A stretch of DNA of 63,727 nucleotides, filler included, from Reticulomyxa filosa (GCA_000512085.1; 24 parts of 24 records of this genome joined end to end with filler, not necessarily neighbours in it), one strand, 5' to 3'. Positions 36,990 through 51,755 are shown, counted from the whole stretch's first letter. Notes: a model not told the origin generated them from the sequence alone. A program made the numbers and translations.

Positions 36990-37770
36990 AACTCTTCGCA
37001 AATCTTCTTTTAATATTTGCAAATCTTTTTGCGATTGTGACAGCTTTTTTTTCTGTTGAATTTCTATTTGAGCTAGTTCTTCCATCTCATTCTTTAAGTT
37101 ATTCAATCCAGACTCCGACTTTTGCCTCTGTATTTGTAACGTTTCAAATTGTTCCAAATAACTCTGTAATTGTATTTGCGACTTTGCAAGTTCTTGTTGT
37201 CGATTGTACAACTCCACACCCAAATCTTCTCTTTGTTTTTCTATTCGTACTAAATCCTCCTCTTTTTCAACAACTTGTCCGTTCAGACGCTCATTCATTC
37301 GCAAGAGCTGCTCTTTCAATGTTTCTTGCGCTCGTTTCAACAACGGCTAATTCATTCCCTCCAACCAAAAAAAATGTAATTATTTTTTGTTATGTTTTTT
37401 TTCTTCTTGACGAGACAGAGAGAGGGAAAAAAAACAATATTGAAAGTAATACGTGGTCAGCTAGAAGTAATTGACTTTCGCTCGACTCTTTGTTTTCGAA
37501 AAATAAATCGGAGGCATCCATTTCATCAATGTCTTTATCGATACTTTGTTGACGATCTCGATCTGTTAAGGGAGTTGATGTCTCTTCCAGCATTTTTGCT
37601 TCAATGTTTTCACTTGTTGCAAGTGCCTCCTTTTCGATTGAGTGTATATCTTGCATATGCGCAGAATCATTTCTTTCTTCCTCTTCCATTCGTTCTATTG
37701 GAAACTCTGGAGTTGACGTTTGAATTCCAGCAGTTTGTTTTGGTAGGCCTTGTTCATCATTGTTGTTCGC
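36990..37770 (-). CDS. CCDC40: CCDC40/FAP172-like axonemal coiled-coil protein (partial)
   Basis: Spliced LLADH|PLLKRAQETLKEQL...QREDLGVELYNRQQELAK matches the CCDC40 signature DHPL..R.Q..L...R.ELGV.LY..QQ.L. Confidence 0.75.
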
Positions 37771-38620
37771 TGTATGAGCAATTAAAATGGTTAAATATGT
37801 ATATGCTACTAATTATAAAAAAAAAAGAAGAGAACTAACACATAGGATTTGTTTAGTCGGTAATGCTTTTGCAGATATAAGGCTCCAAAAAAAAAAAGTT
37901 TTGGAGGGAGAATGAAATAAGACAAATAGACAATAGAAAGACTCATCATTGTTACTATTTTACGCATTATGTGTGCTTGATTATTTTCCATGGATTATAC
38001 AAAAGAGTGAAGAAGGCATAATTTTTTTTTATTATTGAGTTGGTTTTTGTTCGAGGAGAGAGACAATATACAAAAGACTTTTTTTTTTTTTTTGTCAAAA
38101 TGAATATATCGCTAATAGCAATCTCAATTGTTACATAAACTGACAAATTTTTAATTGCAACGTCAGACAATAGTGCAAGAGTTTTGAAAAAAAAAAAAAA
38201 ATGTATGGATTCTCTACTGTAATCAAGACTGGCAAACAAACGCACAGCCTTGAAGACAAATAAAAAAAAAGGGTATTAAAAAAAAAAGAGAAAACCCACA
38301 CAACATAAATAATGCAAAAAGGTCGTTTTTTTTTTTTAATAATAAGACAACAAAAAAAAAAAGTTAAGGAACCACATTCTTGTGCTGACACACAATAACA
38401 AATAATGCAAGAAGAAGAAGGAAAAAAAGGAAAACAAACAAACTGAAAAAATGAAAACATTTTTTCTATAATAACGATCAAAAGTTACATGTACGACAAA
38501 AAAAAAACAATAAAATAAAANNNNNNNNNNNNNNNNNNNNNNNNNNNNNNNNNNNNNNNNNNNNTTAATTAATTAANNNNNNNNNNNNNNNNNNNNNNNN
38601 NNNNNNNNNNNNNNNNNNNN

Positions 38621-39928
38621 TACCCAATAAGCCGGACTGCATGCCTCATCGGCAGTGATCCAGCGGCCGCTGAGATTGGAACAAAAGGAATCTGAGGTGC
38701 AGAAAGCTCGACGCGCGACAGCAACGCCTCGAACTCGCCGAGCATGGGTTCGACCAAGGCCGAGTGGAAGGCATGCGACACGTGCAGGCGTCGCACCGCC
38801 ACACCGCGGCTCGCCAGACCGCGCTCGGCTTGTTCGATCGCCTCGACGGAACCAGAGAACACACACAGATCAGCCGCGTTGACGGCAGCCAGATCGCATC
38901 CAGCATAGGGGTGAGCCTGCAGGTGCGTCTCAGGCAGGCTGACGGCCAACATGGCGCCGGGCTCAGTAGCTTGCAGCAGTCGGCCGCGCGCCGCGACGAT
39001 GCTCAATGCATCCTCCAACGAGAACACACCGGCCAAGCAGGCAGCCACGTACTCGCCGATGCTGTGTCCAAGCATGGCGTCGGGCCGGATGCCTTGATGC
39101 ATCCACCACCGAGCGAATGCGTACTCGACCACGAAGAGGGCTGGCTGGGTGATTGCGGTCTGCGCCAGTCGCTCTCCGGCCGTCGTTTCATCCGAGGCCG
39201 CAGGAAACAGCAGTTCGCGCAGATCCAGTGCCAGGTGCGGGCGCAGCAACTCGCTGCAGCGATCGACCGTCTCCCGGAACACAGCCTCGCGCTCGTACAA
39301 CGCACGGCCCATATTCGTATGCTGCGCACCCTGGCCAGGAAAAAGGAAAGCCACCGTGGGACGATCCGACAGCGCCTCTCCATGGAAGAAAGTGAGCGAG
39401 TCACGCTGGGTGAGCGCGTGAACCGCATCCTCGCGGTTGCGAACGAGCGCAACCGCGCGATGCCCGAAGTGCTTGCGCCCGACGCGTAGCGTGTGGGCGA
39501 CATCGGCCAAGCGCGGGCCAGGATGCCTCTCCAGGTACCCCGCCAGTTCGCGGTTGGCTGCCTCCAATGCCGCGGCGCTTCGCGCCGACAGCATCAGTGC
39601 CTGCATACCGCCGCCGGACGCGCCGGCGTCGTTCTGTTGCGTGACACCTTCGCTGGCCTGAGGTGCTTCTTCCAGAACCAGATGCACATTGGTTCCACCC
39701 ATGCCGAAGGAACTCACTCCAGCGCGCCTCGGAGTAGGCGCCGCGGGCCAGTCCTTGGCCTCGGTATTCACATAGAAGGGACTACCGGAGAAGTCGATCT
39801 GCGGATTGGGATCATCGAAGTTCAGGCTCGGCGGCAAGGTGCGGTGCTTTAGCGCCATGACTGTCTTGATGAGACCCGTCACGCCGGCCGCAGCGTCCAG
39901 GTGACCAACGTTGGTCTTCACCGAACCG
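38621..39928 (-). CDS. Bacterial type I polyketide synthase fragment (KS C-terminus + acyltransferase)
   Basis: GSVKTNVGHLDAAAG, RRAGVSSFGMGGTNVH, FPGQGAQ, GHSIG and HAFH; high GC and intron-less; 1-nt frameshift near 38680. Confidence 0.97.
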
Positions 39929-40046
39929 NNNNNNNNNNNNNNNNNNNNNNNNNNNNNNNNNNNNNNNNNNNNTTAATTAATTAANNNNNNNNNNNNNNNN
40001 NNNNNNNNNNNNNNNNNNNNNNNNNNNNCAAAAAAAAAAAAAAAAA

Positions 40047-41679
40047 AAGGGACGCGAAAAAGAAGCCATCATAATTAGTATGGTACGTTCAAATGAAGAC
40101 ATGTCACTAGGGTTTTTGAAGGATGATAGACGAACTAATGTTGCAGTAACTCGAGCTCGAAGACATTGTGCCCTAATTGTAATATATACATATATAAACA
40201 TATATATATATATATATATAAATACATTTATATTTATATAATAATCATTGTCTATGCATATGTATATGTACATGTGTGTTTTTGAAATTCAACAGTTGGA
40301 CTCAGGGACATTGGAGGCGCATCCTTTTTTAAGTGATTTAATCGATTATTGCTATGCGACTGCGGATGTGAGAATGGCGGACGAAGTTAGTATCCAATGT
40401 ACATGTAATGATTTATGTATTAAAAATTGCAATTTCCATTGATGTGTTGTAAACTGGTGGGATAGTATGATGACGACGATTTGGAGGTAATTGATGTCTA
40501 TGTGGAGCCCGAATTGGTGCAACACAGAGCACAAGAACGAGTAACAAAGGAAAAGAAAGACAAGGCCAAACAGAAGACATCCAAAGAACCGTCCGACGAC
40601 GCCGTCAAAAAGCTTTCCAAAGCCCAAAAAAAAAAATGGAAAAAAAAGCAATCCAAAGAACATCGAAATGAGGTGCTTGCCAAGCAAAGTGAGGACAATA
40701 ACCCTGCTGCTGTCACAACGACTGCGGCGACGGATGTTGCGACCAAATTGGAACCAACCGATGGCGCAGCACAACCTCCTCTGAGTGCAAATGAAGAAAC
40801 AAAACAAGTGGAAAATTCACAAGCAAACATCGACCAACCCATTTCTGTGCATACAACGGACACGACAACGGAGAAGGTCAATGCGGATAAAGTCTCTTCT
40901 TCTATCATGTCACAAATCGCCAGTGAATCCAACAATACTGGTGACACACAAGAGGAAGAAAAGATACATACGAATACAATATCGACAGCAGGAAATGAAG
41001 AAACATTGCAAAGCCATAACAACAACGATAATGATAACAACAACGATAATGATAACAATAACATTAATAAAAATAAGAATAAAAACAAAAATAAAAACAA
41101 AAACAAAAATCAACAAGAGCAGCAACAACGTAAAAATGAAAACAATACCAAAAATACACAAAAACAAGCAGAGGACACTTCACAGAAAAAAAACAACCAT
41201 TTGTTAGTTTAGAAAAAAAGTACCAACAAATGGAAAAAGAAGAACACTTTCGGAACGATGACAAACGCCTTGGCGGATTGCTTCCTCGGGAAGACCAGAA
41301 ATTATGTGCAGTGCCCATCTGCAAAAACAAGGTCCATTTAATTAAAAAGCAATGCCAATATTGTTGGCGCATCTTTTGTATGACACATGCCGATCCTATC
41401 TTTCACAGCAAAGTGTGTGAAGACAAACAAAAAAGGGACATTGAAAAAGATAAAAAACGACAATGTGCACACATTGATCGAGTGCAAGAGTACGAAAGTG
41501 GAGGAGGGGCCGTTGCCAACCCAAAAATTTCGATCAATGAAAAAGAAAGGCAACAGTTGAAAAAACAACTTCGAGAAAAAATTGGCGGTAAGGAAAATCA
41601 ACGAAAAAAAAAAAACCAACAAGAAAACAAAGATAAGGGAAATAATCAAAGAAGACCACAGCCACCTGGCCAGAATTAA
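40047..41679 (+). CDS. IGHMBP2/SMUBP-2-like SF1 helicase C-terminus with AN1-type zinc finger (5' partial, multi-exon)
   Basis: [15 protein letters not shown]...[19 protein letters not shown] followed by C.VPIC...[12 protein letters not shown]...H...C. Confidence 0.85.
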
Positions 41680-42117
41680 TTTCTGTTTCTTTTTTTTGTT
41701 TGGAAAACAGTAACAATGCTCATCGTAAAATATTCCTTTTTTTTTTATCCTTGCCTTTTTTAACGATTGTTCTTGCATCAATTTGTTTAACTTGGTGTCA
41801 TTACACTTGGTTCAAACAACAAACTTTTTTAATCTTCCGAATTTGTTATTTTTTAAATCTCGTTTCGCTATAATCTTTTTTTTTCCTCACTGAAAATTAA
41901 CTCATCACAAAATTTTTCAAGTATTGTGGAGAAACTCAGTTATATTGTAGAGTTTATTTTGCAACAATTTATTTGTATATCGATTGTACAGTTACATTTC
42001 TATGTGTTTCTAAACTGGTTCGAGTTAGAACAATCAAGCTTTTAGTGTTTTTGTTGCTTGTGTAAAAAAAAAACTCGATAAGTTCAAATAAGTCTTTGCA
42101 ATACATCTTACAAAGAG

Positions 42118-42946
42118 ATGGGCCAATCATGTCCTTGTGGACCACAAACAGATCCGCAGCATAAACCGAATCGTCCACCAAAAAATACAGCAAAGTTGTT
42201 GAATGGACAAAACGGAGAAGAAGAAATTTCCTCAGAGGAACATACACACGAAAGTGATTGGGAAGACGAAGGAGAAACCAACATACCCCTTGACGGTCGG
42301 AGCATGCATTTTGCAGCACCGATTGAAGACATGACAAATCGAGAAGCAGTGTATAAAAGCTGGCGAGGGGCATTGATCGACGGAAATACGGCATTATTAG
42401 AGTGGTATACACAAGAACACCCCGAATTGAACTTGATTAATTATGAATTTCCAGACGGTTGTTCATCGTTGTCCAAAGCAATTCAATGCAAGTTGTATTC
42501 AGCAGTACATAATTTACTCTCAAAGGGAGCCGATGTTGAGTTATCCCATTACCACATTGTCTTCAAGTGATTTTACAGTTGTTATTGTTTTTGTTTTATT
42601 TGCTTATTTGTTGTTCCTTTTTTTTTTTTTTAGAATACTTCCCTTTTTTTTTTTGGTTATGTACCTTCAATCATGCCAACGTACACGGGGGGGTACCGTC
42701 CAAAAGGCGAATCACTTGAACCCAAAAACGGGCAATACGCCATTGCACGAATCAGTGTTGGTAGACAACCCGAAGTTGGTGACATTTTTGGTAAAAGAAA
42801 AGCAAGTGGACACAACGATAAAAAACAATGAAGGGAAAACACCATACGACTTGGCCCTTCAATTGGATAATTCGGACCTCATTGAGCTATTGGAACCTGA
42901 GCCTTTGGCAACTGCTACTGAACCAACTAAGCCAAGTTTCAATTGA
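42118..42946 (+). CDS. Small ankyrin-repeat protein with putative N-acylation motif
   Basis: MGQSCPCG N-terminus; LLSKGAD, GNTPLHESV and NNEGKTPYDLA; one intron. Confidence 0.85.
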
Positions 42947-45900
42947 TGGTTGTTTTATTTATGTTTTTGGATCTTTTTTTTTTTTNNNNNNNNNNNNNNN
43001 NNNNNNNNNNNNNNNNNNNNNNNNNNNNNTTAATTAATTAANNNNNNNNNNNNNNNNNNNNNNNNNNNNNNNNNNNNNNNNNNNNTTACAAAATTAATTT
43101 AAACAACATTTCTATGTTTCTGTTGAAGAGTGTCAGAAAAAAATTCATTAGAATTTGAATTTTTTCCACGAAATTGAGAATTAAAAAATATAATTTAAAT
43201 CTTATCATTACAGTTTATATTCTTTAATAAAAAATATTATAAAAAGTGTTATACATGTGACATAATCCAGAGTATAAATAAAAATTCAAAGTTGATTTTA
43301 TTTTGTAAAAATATATCTAATTGCTGACTAAGTCAAGTACATTCGATTACGATCATTTTTGTTTTTTTTCGTTATCATCACTATTGATCATCCAAATAAA
43401 AGATTCACCATTTATACCATTTTCATTTTACATGCATAACACTTCTTTTTTTGAAAAAATTATTTTGATTTTTTTACGTCAGAATAATGAAAATCTGAAA
43501 TTATTCATTGAAGTTGTTTGTTCTACAAAATATAGATAACAATTTTTCAATAAAAACATTTTTGCAAAGTAAATTTTTTGAAAACCTTTTTTTGTTGTGT
43601 CATAACAAACAAGACAGTAAAAATTGTTTGCAATATCAATCAGTAAATGCCAATAACGCATTTTGTAGCTTTACTTCACTTTGGTGATTTATTGTTGGCT
43701 GAAAAAGACTTTATTATAACGCTTTCATTTACACATGATTTTTGAGAAAAGATATGATGTTGTGTCAAATTATATCAACTATTGCCTGCATGCCATTCAC
43801 AGATCTTGATAGATTTGTCCTAGCTATTAAAAAAATTCAGAAATCATTAACTTTTAGTGTATATTGTTTGGAAGTACCAAATGATCAATTATGGTTAATA
43901 CAGCATGGAAGACATGCAGATGAAACAGAAGATATAAAGAATGGTGAAGTACTTCTGCAATAAATCATTTATTTGATCCTTCATTAACAAAAATGGAAAA
44001 TTACAAGCTTGTTTAAGAGGATAATTATTACGATAGCATTTAGAAGAAATAAACTGAACAAATGATTGTTCACATAAAATTTATGTTAGTCCTTGTAAAC
44101 GAACATTATAAATAGCATTTGAAATGCTAAACAATTACTTTCTGATCAACTTACAACTATCACTTTGCGAGTAAGACCTACAATTACAGTCAATGAATTC
44201 CTTCACAGCANNNNNNNNNNNNNNNNNNNNNNNNNNNNNNNNNNNNNNNNNNNNTTAATTAATTAANNNNNNNNNNNNNNNNNNNNNNNNNNNNNNNNNN
44301 NNNNNNNNNNAAAGATTAAAATTTTTGAAAAAATTGGAAAGATTTAATAAAAAATTAAAATGATATTTAAAAATTACACGATTTGTAGATATTTTTTTTA
44401 AAAAATTTTGATTAAATGTTGTTTTTTCATGGAAAAACACAATCATCTCTATAAGGTGGCATTTTAGGTGTCAACTTTCTTTTTTATCTTACTGTACTTT
44501 GAAAATTTTCTGGTCTTAATCAGTTGCTTGATAAAAACGTTTCGGCTTGATTGGCTTTTCGATATCGATATTGATCTTTCAACTTCGAAATCTTGATATT
44601 TCAAGGATGACGATATGATCAGTATTATTAAGATATAGATATTTTTTTTTATTTAATATATGCTCATTTACATATTAACGATGATATTTCATCATCTGAT
44701 TTTTTGTTCTGCTTCATTTGATTATTGTTTATCTTTTTTTTATTCTTTCTTCTATTGACAATTTTCTTTGTTTCCGATGTACATTATTGCTTTCATTGCT
44801 ATTTAACCGCAAAATGAACAAATAATGTGCAGAAATTTCCAGAAAATGTATTTGTCATATTTTTCTAGATAACATGTTCTGTTCTTTAATCTAACGTTAA
44901 AGATCGCTGTTTTGACCTTTTCATGATATCGTCCGTCAGACCACTATATGGTGCCATGCAATGTTGAAATTATTTCTAATTGAATCATATTACAAAAGAA
45001 TGTTTAAACGATAAAAGATATTCAAGTATTTTGGATCGAAGAAGCATAACCATAATGTGAATGGAAATAGTCCTTTATTTTACCAATGACCGATTGAATT
45101 CATATGTATGTATATCTAAAGATTTTTGTAAATGTTGACTGACTTGTTCCAAACGTATTGTGATCCTTTTTGTGTTTTGTTGCCTTTTTTTTTCATAAAA
45201 TTCCAAATAAACTTCAATTATCTTTTAATTCTGTTGTCAATTAAAATCAATTAGTACTTATTTTAACCAAATAATGCTAAAATCACTTTTGAATAGTACA
45301 GCTGCATAAATCATGATCGTTTTTCTTTTCAATTATAAATCCATGTTTTGTATACTTTCATTTTAAGGTAAATACTTTACTGTTTTAGTTTACATGATCA
45401 ATTCGATTGTTTTAATGTTAATTGAATCTTTATTAGCCGCAAGTACATTTGTTTGTCCAAAAATCTGCCGCTTCGAATTTATTGTAATAATTGCAATTAT
45501 TCATTCATCTTGTTTATATCACTTGAAATACCGATGTTCTTATTGATACTTTACAGCATATATTTTATTGAATTAGCTATTGTTTGTATTCAATTTTATA
45601 TTACTTAAAGATTCGTAGATATTTTAAAAAAAGATTTTGAAAAAATGTTGACTTTTGACTTAGAAAATTGATCATTTTCATAAAGTGTTATTTTTGTGTG
45701 TTAAAGCTTTTATCCGTACCTGCATCTTGGATTTATTTAGCGTATGAATTAGTTTATATAACTCAAAAATATAAATACAAAAAGATTTAGTATTTATCCT
45801 TCTAGTTAGTTGTTTTCAGCTTGAAGTTGAAATACAGAAAAAAAAATCAACTTTTATATGTAATTTTAGAAAATGCTAATATTATTTCATGTTAATAATT

Positions 45901-47081
45901 TTTTTTCTCGCACTTCAAGATTTTCAACCAAACATCATAACACTCTTCATTTCGACAAAGCATAGTTTTAAAATGTTAGCTGTCACTAATCTAACAGTCA
46001 TTGTATAAGTTAATTGTGTAAACATATTTTAAAAAGTATAAACAAAATGAAGACAAACACAGAAGAAAATTTAATTCAACGGAAATGCAATACGCCTTTT
46101 AAAATTTTTAACGTGGCTGTAATTTATGCCGTCATTGCTGATATTTATTGATTTTTTAATAAATAATATTCTATTCCAAGGAATATTTCTCTCGTATCGA
46201 AAGATATGTCATTTTCTTAGAACGTGTTTTTGTACATTTCTTTTCATTTCAGTTGCATTAAACAGCTGTTCTGAACAATACGTATAACATTTTTTTTTGT
46301 TGTGTGTCTTTAGCAACATTTGTGTGCAAGGTAATAATCAAGTACAACTTTAAACAAATGCTAACAAAAATAACTCTGAGTAAATGAAAAAAAACAAACA
46401 AAAGGAGAAAATCGGTAAGATCGATCAAGAATTAAGTAAGGAGGTTTTATGAAAAAGGATTTCAAGATTTTTTTAGACCACCGCTCTGTGTTGATAGTGT
46501 TTCATGATTACCTCTTTGGCATTTCGCCTCAAGAAAGGAATCTTAAACACTAAAGAGTTCTATTTTCTAAAAATTGAAAGAAGTAACTGTTTGTAAAATC
46601 CTGATAATACACTAGGTAAAATCAAAAGATTGAATTGTAACTATTTGATTACTTGCTTGTTTAATTTTGAGTAATGGAATAACGAAGTTACTGTATTAAT
46701 TTTTTATCATGCGTTTTGTTTCGGCAAATGTTTCGCTCTGTTTTTAATGTTGCTTTCCCTTAAAAACTGACATCAAAATACTATTGTCTGTCCCTCACGT
46801 TTAGCACATTTGTTTTAAATTTTTCAGGTAGTCTGATCTTGGATGTCTGGCAATTCATGTATAGCAATTGAGCCATAGTTCTTTGTTAAACCAAAACACT
46901 TTCAACAAATACATGCCTAAAGATTGTAGGGCAGGAATTCTTCCCACTTCATCAAAGGAACAAACAGCATTTCACTGCAGTAAACAAGGAATAACGATAC
47001 AAATTTGCTGTTTTATTGAAATTGGTCTTTCTTACAATTGAAGAAAAAGCATGCACATGACACCAACAATTTTTCATTGCA

Positions 47082-49190
47082 ATGATTGTCAAAGAGATTT
47101 TGAAGGACGTATTCTTCGCGGTACCAGCTCCGTTCAGCACAAATGTTCATCGTATGAGAACAAGTGCGTTACAAGAAGTGTCGGAAAAAAGGTTTGCACT
47201 TTGTTTTTCATGTATCTCTTTTTTTGAAAAAATAAATGGACATCTCAAAGAAAACAGTTGTCTTGTGCGAAAACAAAAATACAAGTTTGAGCGATGCAAA
47301 ATTGACCACGAAGGCGGTTGTGTCATTGCCGTTGCTTCAGTTAAGACAGCTACTTTTTACCACTTATACAAAAAAAAAAAAAAAAAATAAAGAAACAAGA
47401 GTTTGGAAATGCTTTTTCGCAATCAACGCCAATTGTAAGTAAGTCCACATTATCAGAGCAATCCCAATCAACAAGTGAGGAAAACAAAAACAAAATACTT
47501 ATTTGTACTCTGATACGTATTCTGACGCCCTTAAAAAAAAAAAAGGTTTAATGAGATTGATCTCGGTCGACTATAAGCACCCAAGAGATGAACAATTGTT
47601 AGCAATCGAAAAAACAAAAGGGATATCTGATGCATCAGATCGGACCAACAATGAAAAACTGAAAAAAAGGCAATCAAGTGATTGTAATCCTGCGAGTGAG
47701 CCTCAAGCACCATTTCAATGTTTTTCTTTGCCAAAGCGCCGAAGAGTGGTTTCTCCATCTGCGGTCCATAATCCGCATTCCATTCCCGCATCCCTTTCCA
47801 CTTTTTCACCTTTTTCCGATCAGAAAAGTCATAGCACAACCACTTTGCAAACGCAAAACGACAATCATCAATCTTTGTTTCCATCGGTTATGGTTGTTGC
47901 GCTGCCCCCTCTCAAATTGTGCAATCTTGATGACCACAACGATATTGTTTGCAATCCTTGCTCAATGCTATCGATGCCACGCGTATCTATTCCTGTATTC
48001 AACGATGTTCACTTAGTCGTTAATTACTGAAAAATCTGCAAAAAAAGTTTTTTGTTTTTCTCATCCATTTTACTTTGGTTTGGGGATAAGCTACGTAATC
48101 CCAAGCAAACACTGATAGAAATATGGAGCGAGCGGATGGAAAGATCCCAACGACCATTCAAAGGCTTTGGCAGAAAAGTGTCAAAAGATGAAACATCCAT
48201 TGAAAAAATCCAATCAACAAAAAATTCAGAGGACGTCTCCAAAATGTGTATGTTTTTTCTTTCTATGTGTGTCGGTGAGGAAGCTATCATGAAACTCAAA
48301 TATTTACAGTCAAAAGTGCAACAACGTAAAAGACCAAAGCGCAAAAAATTTTCCTATGGCAAAGAGCGAGATGAAACGAGTAATGAAAGCGACAAGGACA
48401 GCAGCTGGCATTATTCATCCCATGCTTCACTCTCTGATGAAGAAACTGTATTTCCAAATGAAGTTGATATGTTGCCTGTTGCCAATGATCCTAACCTTCA
48501 AGTGGTGTCGTCAAAATGGATTGATGTTTGGAAATGTATGAATCAAATCCAACAATTACCGCCTCAACAAGAAATGCACGAAATTGCGCGATTGCTGGCG
48601 AAGTGCATCACAGAAGATATCAAGAACATCATTGAGTATGTGTCCGGGCATCCTGTCATTATTGATTGTTATTTATTTCTTTGCTTTGCGTTTACAAAAT
48701 TAAATCAGTTCGATAAAGCAAAAGAATATATCGAGTTGCTGAAAACTCAACACCATATGTTGCCAGCCACAAAACTTAAAGTTATTTTTTTGTCAAGATA
48801 TAAAAAGATTACATAGGCTAGGAATTTGATGGATCAGACTTGCAAATTTAAGGTGGGGTATTGTGAAAATCAAATAGGTGTTGGATGTGTTGCGCTGCAT
48901 CAACCTGCGTTTACGGTGCAGAGAAAAAGCGTTCGAAAATTTAAAGTTAACAACTATCGAACATCACAAAAAATTAATAACATTGTTTGATATGTTTGAT
49001 CTGTTGTCTTTCCAAGAGAAATGATGGAAATATTGGAAAATTGGGATGACGTTGAGCCTCCACCAATAGAACAGATTCGATCCGGTATACAAGAAATTAT
49101 TGTGTTATATGGAAAAAGTGATCCATCTTTGTGGTCATTGGCTTACTTCTTTGAGCAGCAGTATTTCTATACTGAAAAATTAGAGTGCTA
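47082..49190 (+). CDS. Unknown multi-exon protein(s), with a helical TPR-like segment
   Basis: Consecutive plus-strand ORFs (47082, 47503, 48052) separated by intron-like A/T runs; CFAFTKLNQFDKAKEYIELL is TPR-like. Confidence 0.4.
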
Positions 49191-51755
49191 ATTAATGTTT
49201 ACATTTGATTCGCTGTAAATGTGTTGAGCCAAACTGTTGCTTTCAAAGTCTCACGCATTAACATTTATTTTTGCACTTTGAAACAAAAAGGCTTACTTAT
49301 TAAACAAAACCGGTCCAAGTTTACAATGATCATCACTGTACTCAAATTGGACAGCTTTGTTTTTCTAAATTTAGGCACTTGCACGGATTCTCCTTACAAA
49401 CATACGTTGTTTTCAAAAAGAAAAAAATTTCACTTTTAAAAATAATCATAGATACATCTACAAAAACTTAGGAGAATATTATTTGAAACACTGATATCAA
49501 TAAATGTGTATAGGCTTCAAGTTTTTAAAAAATAATTTTGTGGGTCCACCAAGCGCTTCCCCCTTTTGAATTTTTATTTTTAAAAAAGTATCGTTTTTTG
49601 TTTTTAATTTTCTCAATTTGACAGTTTTTAAACCTGATTTGCTCACACAATATGAACTTTCGCAATCCTTAACGTTTGTAAGCATTTCGACCTTAATATG
49701 CACAAGCACTACAATGGGAAAAAGAACGTTATATTTGACAATCCAAGAGGTATTATTTAGCATGAATTTATTGTCCACATTAAAGAAAAAGAGGATTTAC
49801 AGTATCATATTCACAATGTCCACATAATATAATATTATTTTGTGTTTGCGTTATTGGAGGTTACTGTTGACATTATAAACGATACTTCGTTCACAAAAAG
49901 TGTTTTGACGGAAAGCTAGAACTTAGAGTTAAAGCAAGTGGCAGTGATTCGTACCACATGGTGGAAAGCTCTACTTTTGTTTTTTTCCAGAGAGACAGCG
50001 AATCCGCTTATGCAAACAATTAGACTAACACTTAGCACAGGTCCGCGAAAACGAAGCTCATGTAACACAAGCTCGAGTGATAAAAAAGTTTCATATGAGT
50101 TGGATGATTTTAAAATAAATACTTTGAATCCCAGAAAAAGTGCAGTAATAATTGTGGGCTTGTTTATTGCAAAGTGTAACTCAATACAAATAAATTGGAG
50201 GATAGCAGAAGTAGGACAGCATATATTACACAACTACAAGAACACATTGGGGGCTGTAATAATGATAGCATTACGTTCCAGCAGTTAGAAAGAGCAAAGG
50301 AATATCTTGAAACAAAAATTGGAAAACTGTTGAATTTACTCATTTATCAAATAGCGATGAATAGGCTCCATTTGGTAAAGTCATCGTTTCATGAGGACCT
50401 TGAGACGTTTGTGGAATTTTTTTTTTTTTAGCGTGGAAGAATGTAATTGTTGAATTGACAACAAGGCAAAATATTGTAAAACAAGCACATCACTCAAACT
50501 TGAACACAGTACTAAATAATACAATACGTTACAAAAAGTAACAAACAGTCCGAAAACATTTGTTAATGAGATTCCGAACAGCGATTGAAGGATGTATTTT
50601 GGCATTTTTGCAACTCCATTCGCTTAGGCATTTGGGACAATTGTGATGTATTGGATCTAGACATTTATGGACAAGTCCCCCGAGAACGATAAAAGTGTGG
50701 CACGAGACCAAAAAATATCATAAGCCATATGAGTTAGGCTTTTATTACAAAGACGAGATGCACGTTTATTCAGGCCTAAATGTGTCGATGATTTTTCGAT
50801 GAGGAAATAACAATCATAACGTTCAATGATTTAAAAAAAAATCTTTCATCATCGATAAGCTTTTGAAAAAAAAATGGTATTTTGAAGGAATACAAGCACA
50901 GAACAACTAGATACTGCAACATCTAGCAGTATCTGAAAGAAGTTCGAAGTTAATCTTCGATTATTAACAACGATTTCGTCAACAAGATTGTGGCGAAACA
51001 GAAACAAGACAGAAAATACTCTCAAAGAAATTTCTTTTACTAGCCAGATATCTGATATTGCGATTTTGCGCGAGGTCAGATGTATACAAGTTAACAAACG
51101 AAACACCCAAAATGAACAGTCGAAACAAAATAATATCATCAAGAAAGAATGGCGAACAAAATTAAGCCACTTTTTATTAAATAAGCCGAAATGGCAATAT
51201 CAACAGCATTCACATGCTTTTCTTTAATAATAAGTGTTTAAATTTTATTTTTTGTTTTAGTTTGCTTTAATTTGTTAAAAGAGGTGAATTAAATCTCAAT
51301 ATTTCAATGAGACTTTAACACTTCGAAAACAAGGCTCAGAGGATTCGGTTGAGCATTGGCATTGCTCCTGTAATTCCCCCTGTCCATTCCACAGGGAAGA
51401 GCCAATTTTGTTTTCACAACTGATCTCGCCGTACAACTTTTGAAATTTTATTTGTTTTTTTTTGATATTTTAAAGATTAAATNNNNNNNNNNNNNNNNNN
51501 NNNNNNNNNNNNNNNNNNNNNNNNNNTTAATTAATTAANNNNNNNNNNNNNNNNNNNNNNNNNNNNNNNNNNNNNNNNNNNNTTTCCTTTGACCAGTCGT
51601 GTTTTAACAAGGACTGGATACTTCAATTAAATGAAGAAAAGCAAATTAACCATTTTATTAACTAGTTTTTACAGAACGGAACAAGAAAAAACTTTCCAGT
51701 TTTGACTTTTTGTTTTTGTTTTGCTTTTTTCATTTTCGTGTCAAATTAAAGAAAA

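Noticed and set aside
38660-38700. Programmed frameshift in the PKS
   Set aside because: One extra T restores PFVSNLSGRWIT; most simply a homopolymer sequencing error near the contig end
38655-39852. Alternative-frame ORFs in the GC-rich PKS contig (and similarly in metH)
   Set aside because: Expected stop-poor shadow frames of high-GC genes
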